Source: Terriglobales bacterium (GTDB taxonomy: Bacteria > Acidobacteriota > Terriglobia > Terriglobales > SCQP01). Taken from it: a stretch of DNA of 64,000 nucleotides. This document shows positions 45,967-55,103 of this stretch, in pieces. Both the position numbers and the translations under genes were made by a program. Numbering within the stretch: the stretch's first letter is position 1; each line of letters begins with the position of its first letter. The notes under the pieces were generated by a model. The model did no database searches, was not told the origin of the DNA, and saw only the letters and a list, made by a program, of their open reading frames with translations. The stretch is from positions 2,017 through 66,016 of the forward strand of contig DATKSZ010000017.1 of assembly GCA_035531375.1 (NCBI GenBank), read 5' to 3'.

Positions 45967-46433
45967 GCCACTTTCCGGCCACGGTGGCTCAGAACCCAGC
46001 CACGGTGGCACAGCCAGTCTTGGCAGTGCAAACCCAGCCCTACTGGCCACAGTGGCACAGCCAATCTTGGCTGTGCAAACCCAGCGCACAGCCAGTCTTG
46101 GCAGTGCGAGCCCAGCCCTACCGGCCACGGTGGCACAGCCAATCTTGGCTGTGCAAACCCAGCGCACAGCCAGGCTTGGCAGTGCGAGCCCAGCCCTACC
46201 GGCCACGGTGGCACAGCCAATCTTGGCAGTGCAAACCCAGCGCACAGCCAGGCTTGGCAGTGCAAACCCAGCCCTACTGGCCACAGTGGCACAGCCAATC
46301 TTGGCAGTGCAAACCCAGCGCACAGCCAGTCTTGGCAGTGCGAGCCCAGCCCTACTGGCCACGGTGGCACAGCCAATCTTGGCTGTGCAAACCCAGCGCA
46401 CAGCCAGGCTTGGCAGTGCAAGCTCAGCCCTAC
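45967..46433 (+). repeat. Tandem array of R2 REP-like palindromic units, 78-bp period, about 6 periods
   Basis: GGCACAGCCAATCTTGG starts at 46054, 46132, 46210, 46288 and 46366 (exactly 78 bp apart). Each period is an A half (GGCACAGCCAATCTTGGCTGTGCAAACCCAGC) plus a B half (GCACAGCCAGTCTTGGCAGTGCGAGCCCAGCCCTACCGGCCACGGT). Confidence 0.9.
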
Positions 46434-46676
46434 CCCCCCCCCACCACGACGCCCCACCCTCTCGCGGCGACCTCCGAGTCGCCTCGGGCGAGGCGAGATC
46501 GAGACTCCCAGAAGCCAGGGTCCGGGGTGCCTACCCCCTCCCGCCTCCCGGGCCACCTCGACCCCCGGGCCCCCCGAGGAGGGGCGGCGCAATCCTCCAC
46601 TGGGCACTTTTTCCTAGGGATTGCGCTTGCGGAGGCGTAGTATCGCCAAAGCGTCCGGTCACGTTGGGGCGAAGCC

Positions 46677-48281
46677 GTGGTGCGCGCGGCCTGGGTCCCC
46701 CCGCCCGGGCGGGGGGGGTTTCCACTGCGAGTACATCTTGTCAATCCCAGCCACCTGTCCTTCGGGGTAGCGGTGATCACCCCGCGCTGGCTCTACGTGC
46801 TCGCCGCGGCCACGCCCGCCGAGTACGGTGACCCCGCCATCACCGATGAGACCCTCACCGTGCTCGACGTCAACACCATCGGTGCCGGCGATGTGGTCGG
46901 CATTGGCATCCACACCGGCAACGCGCTGCGCGGCTACGAGCTGGGCCGGGCGGCGCGGGAGCGCGGCGCCTGGGTGGTATTCGGCGGCATCCACGCCACC
47001 CTCTATCCGGAAGAGGCGCGCGAGCTGGGCCTGGCCCACGCCGTGGTGCGCGGCGACGGCGATGTCATCTGGTCGCAGGTGCTCAACGACTGCCGCCATG
47101 CCACCCCCCGCCCGCAGTACGAGGGCGGCCGCATCGAGGGCGAGCAGTTCCTCCGCGCCCGCTGGGACCTGCTGCCCAAGGACAGCTACATGTGGGGCTC
47201 GGTCCAGACCGTGCGCGGCTGCCCCAAGCACTGCTCCTTCTGCTCGGTCTGGCGCACCGACGGGCAAAAGCCCCGCCCCCGCACCGTGGACGCCGTGCTG
47301 CAGGAGGTGGTGGATCTCCGCCGCCGCGGCTACCGCTTCATCGCCCTCGCCGACGACAATTTCTATCCCGTCTCCCTCACCGACCTCCGCCTGGCCGAGG
47401 CCCAGGGCAACGCCGACCGCCTTGCCACCCTCCACGCCGTCCGCAACGAGCGCTTCGAGCTGATGCGCCGCCTGGCGCAGTTGCCCTCCGACCTGGTCTT
47501 CTTCACCCAGATCACCATGGAGTCGGCCGAAGACCCCGAGTTCCTCGACGCCATGCGCAACGCCCGCATCCGCGGCGCCCTGATCGGCGTCGAGGCGGTC
47601 ACCCCCGAGGGCCTCAAGGACGTCTATAAGGACTTCAACGCCAGCGGCGAGCAACTGGTCGAGCGCCTGCAAACCTTCCGCCGCCACGGCCTGCACGTGC
47701 TGGGCTCGTTCATCTTCGGCCTCCCCAGCGACCGCCCCGCCACCTTCGACGCCACCCTCGACCTGGCCCAGCGCGCCGGCGTCACCTTTGCCCAGTTCGT
47801 CATGCTCACCCCCTTCCCCGGAACCATCGACTTCAAGAAGTGGGAAGACACCACCGCCAAGAAAGCCGCCCCCATCGGCGGCATCCCCCTCGCCCGCCAC
47901 TGGCTCATCCCCCAAGCTCTCCGCCCCAAGGTCTACGTCCCCCATCCGGTGATGGCGGCCGAGGAGATCCGCTCCCGCACCCAGGGGGTGTGGGACCGCT
48001 TCTACAGCCTGGGCTCGATCTGGCGGCGCTCGAACTGCGTTCCCGGCCTGCGCGGCCGCTTGGCCTTCATCTTTATCTCCAAGCTCTATCGCCAGATGTA
48101 CGCCAACACCGGCATCGCCACCGACAGTGCCCGCGTCAACAAGGCCGCCCGCTGGGCCGCGCTGCTGGCCCGGCCCTGCCGCCACCTCTTCACCGCCGAC
48201 CCCATGCCCGAGCTCGCCGTCCCCATCCCGGTCGAGACCGCCATCCGCGGCGCCGGCGGCCCCCTCGCCCATCACGCCTGA
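46677..48281 (+). CDS. B12-binding-domain radical SAM protein (class B)
   Basis: An N-terminal Rossmann-like block (RVHLVNPSH...VVGIGIHTGNA) precedes VRGCPKHCSFCSV (CX3CX2C). The C-terminal block is FIFGLPSDRPATFDATLDLAQRAGVTFAQFVMLTPFPGT. The start (GTG 46677) is uncertain. Confidence 0.75.
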   Translation: MVRAAWVPPPGRGGFPLRVHLVNPSHLSFGVAVITPRWLYVLAAATPAEYGDPAITDETLTVLDVNTIGAGDVVGIGIHTGNALRGYELGRAARERGAWVVFGGIHATLYPEEARELGLAHAVVRGDGDVIWSQVLNDCRHATPRPQYEGGRIEGEQFLRARWDLLPKDSYMWGSVQTVRGCPKHCSFCSVWRTDGQKPRPRTVDAVLQEVVDLRRRGYRFIALADDNFYPVSLTDLRLAEAQGNADRLATLHAVRNERFELMRRLAQLPSDLVFFTQITMESAEDPEFLDAMRNARIRGALIGVEAVTPEGLKDVYKDFNASGEQLVERLQTFRRHGLHVLGSFIFGLPSDRPATFDATLDLAQRAGVTFAQFVMLTPFPGTIDFKKWEDTTAKKAAPIGGIPLARHWLIPQALRPKVYVPHPVMAAEEIRSRTQGVWDRFYSLGSIWRRSNCVPGLRGRLAFIFISKLYRQMYANTGIATDSARVNKAARWAALLARPCRHLFTADPMPELAVPIPVETAIRGAGGPLAHHA

Positions 48282-48348
48282 CTATAAAGATTAATTTGCG
48301 CTGGCCCCGGCGTGCGATTACCATAAGCCTGTTCCAGGAGGGCTGCCC

Positions 48349-51300
48349 ATGAAGCGTTTGTCCTTTGCCGCCATGTTGGCGATTGCAGTGAGCCTCTGCC
48401 TGCCCCTGGCAGCGCAGTACGGCCGCGGTCCCGCCGGCCCCCAGCACACCACCACCGTGCCGCCGCTGCAGTTCCACTACATGGGACCGGCCGCGGCCGG
48501 CCGCATCGCCTCGGCGGCGGGCGTGCCCGGACAGCCCAACGTCTACTACCTGGGCGCGGCCTCCGGCGGCTTGTGGAAATCCACCGACGGCGGCCACAGC
48601 TTCCGGCCCATCTTCGACCAGCAGGACGCCATGGCCATCGGCTCCATCGCCGTCGCCCCCTCCGATCCCTCCACCGTCTGGGTGGGCACAGGCGAGCCCT
48701 GGGTCATCCGCCCCGCCGACATCATCGGCGACGGTGTCTACAAGTCCACCGACGCCGGCGCCACCTGGCAACATATGGGCTTGGTGCGCACCGGCCGCAT
48801 CGCCCGCATCCTGGTCAACCCCAAGGACGTCAACAACGTCTTCGTTTGCGCCGAGGGCCGGGTGTCGGCCCCCCAGCAGAGCCGCGGCGTGTTCCGCACC
48901 ACCGACGGCGGCGCCACCTGGAAGCGCACCCTGTTCGTCAACCCCAACACCGGCTGCAGCGGCCTCAGCATGGACCCGGCCGACCCCAACACCCTCATCG
49001 CCGGCGCCTGGCAGGTGACCCAGCGCACTTGGCAGGAGGCCAGCGGCGGCCCCGGCAGCGGCGTCTTCATCTCCCACGACAACGGCCAGACCTGGACCCG
49101 CCTCGCCGCCGGCCTGCCCCACTCCCCCCTCGGCAAGATTGACGTCGCCATCGCCCCCTCCAACCCGCAGCGCATGTATGCCCTGATCCAGACCTACGAC
49201 CAGGGCTCGCTCTGGCGCTCCGACGACGGCGGCGCGCAGTGGCAGGTGGTGAGCTGGGACCGCTCCCTCATCGGCCGCGCCGGCTACTACATCCGCCTCG
49301 GCGTCAATCCCAAGAACGACAACGACGTGCTCATCACCAGCAGCAGCCCGCACTATTCCACCGACGGCGGCCGCCACTTCTCCGGCGACGGCGGCACCCT
49401 CAAGCCCATCGGCCCGGCCAGTTGCGGCGACTGCCACGACATCTGGATTGACCCCAACAACCCCGCCCGCTACGTGCTCACCGACGACGGCGGCGCCAGC
49501 ATCGCCACCGGCGCCGGCACCGCCCTCCACGTCTCCCTGCCCAACGGCCAGACCTACCACGTCTTCTCCGACAACCGCGTCCCCTACTGGATCTACAGCA
49601 ACCGCCAGGACGACGGCACCATGCGCATCATCAGCACCGTCTCCCAGCCCAGCGGCAACGGCCTGCTCCCGGCCAACGAGTTCATGCCCGAGGGCCGCGG
49701 CGGGCGCGGCGGCTTCTTCTTCGGCCGCGGCGGCCGCTTCCCCGTCAACCAGCAATTAGTGGCGCAACTGCCCAAGCCCGCCCCCGCTCCCGCCGGCCTG
49801 GCTTTTGGCCCCAACCACCTCCGCACCGCCCCCGCCGGCCGCGGCAACGGCTTCGGCGCTCCCCCCATGCCGACCGCCACCTACCAGGCCAACATCGGTG
49901 GCTGCGAGTCCGGCTTCACCGTGCCCGATCCCACCGACGCCAACGTCGTCTGGGCGACCTGCTACGGCGGCAAGCTCACCCGTTACGACGCCATCGAGGG
50001 CGAGGCCCACTCGGTCGAGCCCGAGCGCATCACCCTCGACTCCCCTCCCAACCAGGTCAAGTACCGCTGCCACTGGACCTCGCCCCTGGCCATTGATCCG
50101 TTCGACCACAACAACGTCTACTACGGCTGCCAGATGATTTTGAAGACCGACAACAAGGGCTTCTCCTGGAGCGAGTTCAGCCCCGACCTCTCCACCAAGG
50201 ACCCCGCCCGCGTGGTCCCCAACGGCGGCATCGAGGGCGACAACCTGGCGCAGTACGACGGCGAAGTGGTCTGGTCCATCGCCCCCTCGCCCATCCAGCG
50301 CGGCCTCATCTGGGCCGGCACCAACGACGGCAAGGTCTGGTACACCAAGGACGGCGAGTCCAAGACCCAGCCCCACTGGGTGGACGTCACCGCCAACCTC
50401 CACCTGCCCCCCTGGGGCGAGGTCAACCAGATCTCCCCCTCCAACTTCGATCCCGGCACCGCCTACATTGCCGTGGACTTCCGCATGGCCGGGCACGAGG
50501 ACCTCAAGCCCTACCTGCTCGAGACCACCGACTTCGGCGCCACCTGGAAGAGCGTCAACGGCGACATTCCCAGCTCCAACCCGCTCGACTACACCCTCAG
50601 CATCGCCGAGAACCCCAACCGCAAGGGCATGCTCTTCGCCGGCTCCGCCCATGCCTTTTACTACTCCATGGACAACGGCGGCCACTGGGTCCACTTCAAC
50701 CAGGGCCTGCCCCCCGCGCCCGTGAGCTGGATCAACGTCGAGAAGCGCTTCCACGACGTGGACGTCTCCACCTACGGCCGCGGCCTCTACATCCTGCCCG
50801 ACATCACCAGCCTGGAGCAGACCGGCTCGACCGCCGCCCCCGCGGCCACCCAGCTCTTCAAGCCCGCCGACGTCTTCCGCCAGGCCCGCGGTGTGTTCCC
50901 CACCGCCGCCCAGCCGGCGCGCCCGCAATTCCTCTTCCATCTCGCCGCCGCCCCCACCGGCCCGGTGCAGATGGAGATCCTCGACGCCCAGGGCAACGAG
51001 ATCCGCAAGCAGGAGCTCGACGCCCACGCCGGCCTCAACGGCGCCTATTGGGATCTGCTCTACGACGCCCCCACCCTGGTGCAGTTGCGCACCACGCCGC
51101 CGGAGAACCCCCACATCTGGGAAGAGCCGCGCTTCCAGGGCAAGAGCATCCGCACCATCACCCACTGGGGCATCACCCCCACCACCGGCATCCCGCTGGC
51201 GGCGCCGGGCAGCTACCAGGTCCGCCTGACCATCGACGGCAAGTCCTACACCCAGCCCTTCCAGGTGCTCAAGGACCCCGCCGTCCTGGCCTCCAGCGCC

Positions 51301-51774
51301 ACTCTGCGCCAATCCACCGCCACCCAGGTGCACATCCGCGGCGATATCACCGAAACCTCCGAGATGGTCAACCAAATGGAGATCTGGCGCAAGCAGATCC
51401 AGGACCAGCTTCAGGGCGACAGCCCCGCCGACGCGCCCGCGCTGACGCGGCTCAACACCCGCATCCTCGCGGTCGAGCACCAACTGGTCAGCGAGGCCGA
51501 GATGCTCAGCGACGACAAATACTTCCCCGAGGCCTACAAGGTCTACATGAACCTGATCTGGCTCAGCGGCGGCGTTGGCCAAGGCGCCAGCGACGAGGCC
51601 GGCGGCGTGGACTATGCCCCCACCGCCACCCAGGTGCGGGTGCTGGCCAGCATTGACCGCGAGCTGGCCACGGCGCGCACCGACTTCAACCAGTTGAAGT
51701 CCACCGTCCTGCCCGCCTTCAACAAATCCATGGCCGGCAAGGCCGCCGCCATCTCCAACACCCTGGGCAACTAA
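48349..51774 (+). CDS. Sortilin/VPS10-like BNR (Asp-box) repeat protein, paralog 3
   Basis: The ATG follows AGGAGGG. Signal peptide MKRLSFAAMLAIAVSLCLPLAAQ. Asp-boxes STDGGHSF, STDAGATW, TTDGGATW, SHDNGQTW, SDDGGAQW, STDGGRHF. Same helical C-terminal extension as paralogs 1 and 2. Confidence 0.8.
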   Translation: MKRLSFAAMLAIAVSLCLPLAAQYGRGPAGPQHTTTVPPLQFHYMGPAAAGRIASAAGVPGQPNVYYLGAASGGLWKSTDGGHSFRPIFDQQDAMAIGSIAVAPSDPSTVWVGTGEPWVIRPADIIGDGVYKSTDAGATWQHMGLVRTGRIARILVNPKDVNNVFVCAEGRVSAPQQSRGVFRTTDGGATWKRTLFVNPNTGCSGLSMDPADPNTLIAGAWQVTQRTWQEASGGPGSGVFISHDNGQTWTRLAAGLPHSPLGKIDVAIAPSNPQRMYALIQTYDQGSLWRSDDGGAQWQVVSWDRSLIGRAGYYIRLGVNPKNDNDVLITSSSPHYSTDGGRHFSGDGGTLKPIGPASCGDCHDIWIDPNNPARYVLTDDGGASIATGAGTALHVSLPNGQTYHVFSDNRVPYWIYSNRQDDGTMRIISTVSQPSGNGLLPANEFMPEGRGGRGGFFFGRGGRFPVNQQLVAQLPKPAPAPAGLAFGPNHLRTAPAGRGNGFGAPPMPTATYQANIGGCESGFTVPDPTDANVVWATCYGGKLTRYDAIEGEAHSVEPERITLDSPPNQVKYRCHWTSPLAIDPFDHNNVYYGCQMILKTDNKGFSWSEFSPDLSTKDPARVVPNGGIEGDNLAQYDGEVVWSIAPSPIQRGLIWAGTNDGKVWYTKDGESKTQPHWVDVTANLHLPPWGEVNQISPSNFDPGTAYIAVDFRMAGHEDLKPYLLETTDFGATWKSVNGDIPSSNPLDYTLSIAENPNRKGMLFAGSAHAFYYSMDNGGHWVHFNQGLPPAPVSWINVEKRFHDVDVSTYGRGLYILPDITSLEQTGSTAAPAATQLFKPADVFRQARGVFPTAAQPARPQFLFHLAAAPTGPVQMEILDAQGNEIRKQELDAHAGLNGAYWDLLYDAPTLVQLRTTPPENPHIWEEPRFQGKSIRTITHWGITPTTGIPLAAPGSYQVRLTIDGKSYTQPFQVLKDPAVLASSATLRQSTATQVHIRGDITETSEMVNQMEIWRKQIQDQLQGDSPADAPALTRLNTRILAVEHQLVSEAEMLSDDKYFPEAYKVYMNLIWLSGGVGQGASDEAGGVDYAPTATQVRVLASIDRELATARTDFNQLKSTVLPAFNKSMAGKAAAISNTLGN

Positions 51775-51789
51775 CCCGGCTGCACCCCC

Positions 51790-51825
51790 GAGGCCCGCTG
51801 CCGCCGCCAGGCGGCAGCGGGCCTC
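51790..51825. terminator. Perfect 16-bp stem-loop between convergent genes (candidate bidirectional terminator)
   Basis: GAGGCCCGCTGCCGCC-GCCA-GGCGGCAGCGGGCCTC. No clear U-tract on either side. Confidence 0.5.
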
Positions 51826-51830
51826 GCCAT

Positions 51831-53864
51831 TTAGCCCGCCCCCAGCTCCCGCAGCAGCCAGGCGTACTCGAAGGCCACCTCGTGCAGCCGGTCGTAGCGC
51901 CCGCTGGCGCCGGCGTGGCCGGCGCCGAAGTTGGTCTTGAGCAGCAGCCCCCGGCCGTCGGGCTTGAGCGTGCGCAGCTTGGCCACGTACTTGGCCGGCT
52001 CCCAATACATCACCTGGCTGTCGTTGAGGCTGGTGGTGACCAGCATGGCCGGGTAGGGGCGCGCCGCCAGGTTGTCGTAGGGGCTGTAGGAGCGCATATA
52101 GGCATAAGCCTCGGGCTGGTTGGGGTCGCCCCACTCCAGGTACTCGCCCACCGTCAGCGGCAGCCCGGCGTCCATCATGGTGTGGATCACGTCCACGAAG
52201 GGCACCGCCAGGTGCGCCGCCCGGAACAACTCCGGCCGCAGGTTGAGCACCGCCCCCACCAGCAGCCCGCCGGCGCTGCCCCCCTCCACCGCCAGTTGCT
52301 CCGGCGCCGTCCAGCCCTCGCGCACCAGCGTCTCGGCGCAGTCAATCAGGTCGAAGAAGCTGTTCTTCTTCTGCCGCAGCATGCCGGCGTCGTGCCAGGC
52401 CTCGCCCATCTCGTTGCCCCCGCGCACGTGCGCGATGGCGTAGGCCACGCCCCGGTCGAGCAGGCTCAGCCGCGCGCTCGAAAACGTCGCCGCCATGCTG
52501 TACCCATAGGCGCCGTAGCCGTACAGCAGCAGCGGCCCCGGCCGCTGCCGGTCCTTGCGGTAGACCAGCGAGATCGGCACCCGCGCCCCGTCCCGCGCCC
52601 CCGCCCACAGCCGCGCGCTCTGGTACAGCTTGGGCTCGTAGCCGCCCAGCACCGGCTGCTGCTTCAGCAGCGTCGCGGCCCCGCTCCCCAGGTCGTAGTC
52701 GAATACGCTCGGCGGGGTGATCAGGCTCTGGTAGCTGTAGCGGAACCGCACCGTGTCGAACTCGGGGTTGCCGGCGGGAAAGGCCGCATACACCGGCTCG
52801 GGGAAGGGAATCGCCCGCCACCCGCCCGCGGCGAAGTCGTAGACCCGCATGCGGTTCAGCGCCTCCGCCTTCTCGTGCACCACGGCGTGCTGGCGGAACA
52901 GATCCAGGTCCTCGATCAGCACCTCCGGGTCGTGCGGCAGAAACTCCTTCGCCTCCTCCCAGCGCGGGTTCGCCGCCTCCACCGTCACCACCCGGAAGTT
53001 CTTGGCCCCCTGGTTGGTGCGCACGTAGAACAGCCCGTCGCGGTGGGTCAGCTCGTACTTGTGGTCCTTGCGCCGCGGCAGGAACAGCCGCGGCGCCGCC
53101 CCGGGCTGGTCGGACGGCCAGGTGCGGAACTCGGTCGAATCGGTGGCCGCGCTCACCAGCATCAAATAACGCCGGTCGCGGGTGCGCTCCACCCCCAGGT
53201 GGTAGAACTCGTCGGCCTCGTAGTAGACCTCCACCGCCGCCTCGCCCAGCCGGTGGCGCCACAGCCGGTCGGAGCGCTTGGTGGCCTCGTCCTCGGTGGT
53301 GTACAGCAGCGTCTGGTTGTCGGCCGCCCATTCCAGCGAGGTCACCCGCTCGGCGCTGTCGGCCAAAAGCGCCCCCGTCGCCAGGTCCTTGACGAAAAGC
53401 CGATAACGCCGCATGCCCGTGGTGTCGGTGCTATAGGCCAGCAGGCGGTCGTGGTCGGATACCTCGAACGCTCCCAGGCTGAAAAACGCCAGCCCGGCGG
53501 CAAGCTGGTTGGTGTCCAGCAGGATCTCCTCCGCCCCCTCCTCGCCCCGCTTGCGGCAATGGATGGCGTACTGCTGCCCCTCCACCGTGCGCGAGTAGTA
53601 GTAGTAAGCCCCCCGCCGCGTCGGCACGCTCAGGTCGGTCTGCTGGATGCGCCCCAGCATCTCCTGGTAGAGCGCCTCCTCGAACGGCCGCTGCGCCGCC
53701 GTGGCCGCCACGGTGTAGGCGTTTTCCGCCTTCAGGTAGGCTTCCACCGCCGGGTCGTCGCGGTCGCGCAGCCAGTGGTAGTCGTCCACCACCTCCTGGC
53801 CGTGGTAGCGGTGCACATGCGGGCGGCGGGCGGCGATCGGCGGCGAGAGCGGTTCAAAAGGCAC
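51831..53864 (-). CDS. ptrB: S9A prolyl-oligopeptidase-family serine peptidase, oligopeptidase B-like
   Basis: N-terminus ...HGQEVVDDYHWLRDRDDPAVEAYLKAENAYT, a beta-propeller, and the catalytic GGSAGGLLVG. 677 aa. Confidence 0.8.
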   Translation of the reverse strand: MPFEPLSPPIAARRPHVHRYHGQEVVDDYHWLRDRDDPAVEAYLKAENAYTVAATAAQRPFEEALYQEMLGRIQQTDLSVPTRRGAYYYYSRTVEGQQYAIHCRKRGEEGAEEILLDTNQLAAGLAFFSLGAFEVSDHDRLLAYSTDTTGMRRYRLFVKDLATGALLADSAERVTSLEWAADNQTLLYTTEDEATKRSDRLWRHRLGEAAVEVYYEADEFYHLGVERTRDRRYLMLVSAATDSTEFRTWPSDQPGAAPRLFLPRRKDHKYELTHRDGLFYVRTNQGAKNFRVVTVEAANPRWEEAKEFLPHDPEVLIEDLDLFRQHAVVHEKAEALNRMRVYDFAAGGWRAIPFPEPVYAAFPAGNPEFDTVRFRYSYQSLITPPSVFDYDLGSGAATLLKQQPVLGGYEPKLYQSARLWAGARDGARVPISLVYRKDRQRPGPLLLYGYGAYGYSMAATFSSARLSLLDRGVAYAIAHVRGGNEMGEAWHDAGMLRQKKNSFFDLIDCAETLVREGWTAPEQLAVEGGSAGGLLVGAVLNLRPELFRAAHLAVPFVDVIHTMMDAGLPLTVGEYLEWGDPNQPEAYAYMRSYSPYDNLAARPYPAMLVTTSLNDSQVMYWEPAKYVAKLRTLKPDGRGLLLKTNFGAGHAGASGRYDRLHEVAFEYAWLLRELGAG

Positions 53865-53900
53865 GTCTTAGCATGATAAACGACCCCGGGCCTGCGCGAA

Positions 53901-53942
53901 GGCCACAGTGGCACAGCCACTCTTGGCTGTGCAAACCCAGCC
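53901..53942 (+). repeat. R2 REP-like palindromic unit (singleton)
   Basis: GGCCACAGTGGCACAGCCACTCTTGGCTGTGCAAACCCAGCC, between the dehydrogenase stop and the peptidase start. Confidence 0.75.
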
Positions 53943-53993
53943 CCACCCCCACCCCCTCCGGCGCCCCATTCTTCCCCTCGCGGCCTCCTCGCT

Positions 53994-54983
53994 TCAGTAG
54001 CCGGCGGCCTTGTCCACCACATTGCGCAGCGGGCGGCCGGTGCGGTAGCGCCGGAAGTTGTCGAGGAAGCAGCGCATGCCCAGCTCTGTCCAGTGCGGCT
54101 CGCGGCTGCGGTCGGTGCAGTGGGGCGACAGCAGGACGTTGTCCATCTCCCAGAAGGGATGTTCCGGCCCCAGCGGTTCCTGCTCGAAGACATCGAGCGC
54201 CGCCCCCGCGAGCCGCCCGGCGCGCAGGGCGGCGATCAGCGCCGCCTCCTCCACCACCGGCCCCCGCCCCACATTGATCACCAGGGCGGTCGGCTTCAGG
54301 GCGGCGAAAGCGGCCGCGTCCAGCAGGTGCCGGGTCGCCGGCGTCAGCGGCGCCGCCGCCAGCAGCACGTCCGCCCCCGCCAGCATGGCGTGCAGCTCGG
54401 CCGCCGGCCACACCCGCTCCACCCCTCGCAGCCGAGGGCCGGGGCGCCGCGACAGGGCATGGACGCGCATCCCCAGCCGCCGCAGCGCGGCGGCGCAGGC
54501 TTGGCCCACGGCGCCATAACCCACCACCCCCACCACCTTGCCCCGCAGTTCCTCCACCTCGTGCTGGTCCCAGCGGTGCTGGCGCTGGCTGGCGAGCAGC
54601 CGCCGCACCTGCTTGTAGTAAAACAGCACCCCCAACACCGCGAACTCCGCCAGCGGCGCCACGTATACCCCGCGCGCGTTGGTCACCGGCACCGGACTGG
54701 CGATCAGCTCCGGCGTCAGCAGCCGGTCCACCCCCGCCTCGAACGAATGCACCCAGCGCAGCCCCGGCCCGGTGTGCGGCCAAATCGCCGCAAACGGCGG
54801 CGTCCCTCCCGCCAGCGCCGAATAGAGGATCACCTCCGCCCCCGGCGCCGCCCGCGCAATGGTGGCCTCGTCGTAGCCGATGCTCAGCTCGGCATGGCGG
54901 GCAAGGCCTCCCAGCCGCGCCACCGCCGGCAACCCCGGCGGACACACCGCCAGCACCGCAATCTTGTGTCTCGGGAGACTCAC
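53994..54983 (-). CDS. D-isomer-specific 2-hydroxyacid dehydrogenase family (NAD-binding)
   Basis: GKVVGVVGYGAVGQACAAALRRLGMRV (GxGxxG), INVGRGPVVEEAAL, and SPHCTDRS catalytic His. Probable GTG start at 54983 (VSLPRHKIAVLAV). The longest ORF starts at GTG 55079 inside the heptamer repeat. Confidence 0.8.
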   Translation of the reverse strand: MSLPRHKIAVLAVCPPGLPAVARLGGLARHAELSIGYDEATIARAAPGAEVILYSALAGGTPPFAAIWPHTGPGLRWVHSFEAGVDRLLTPELIASPVPVTNARGVYVAPLAEFAVLGVLFYYKQVRRLLASQRQHRWDQHEVEELRGKVVGVVGYGAVGQACAAALRRLGMRVHALSRRPGPRLRGVERVWPAAELHAMLAGADVLLAAAPLTPATRHLLDAAAFAALKPTALVINVGRGPVVEEAALIAALRAGRLAGAALDVFEQEPLGPEHPFWEMDNVLLSPHCTDRSREPHWTELGMRCFLDNFRRYRTGRPLRNVVDKAAGY

Positions 54984-55016
54984 CCTCCCATGGTAGCCCG
55001 CCGCCGCTCCACCGGC

Positions 55017-55093
55017 GGTCCCCTGTCCCCTGTAGCCTATTCCCTGTCCACTGTCCACCGTCCACCGTCCACTGTCCACCGTCCACTGTCCAC
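55017..55093. repeat. Heptanucleotide microsatellite (YGTCCAC)x7 at 55045..55093, preceded by 4 degenerate units
   Basis: Read directly: TGTCCAC TGTCCAC CGTCCAC CGTCCAC TGTCCAC CGTCCAC TGTCCAC, preceded by GGTCCCC TGTCCCC TGTAGCC TATTCCC. Confidence 0.9.
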
Positions 55094-55103
55094 TAGCCCG
55101 CTT

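Noticed and set aside
45967-46433. Could the 78-bp array be a CRISPR array?
   Set aside because: The segments between the conserved 31-bp cores are themselves near-identical repeats (the B half-units), not unique spacers. No cas genes are nearby, and single units occur elsewhere as REP-like hairpins.
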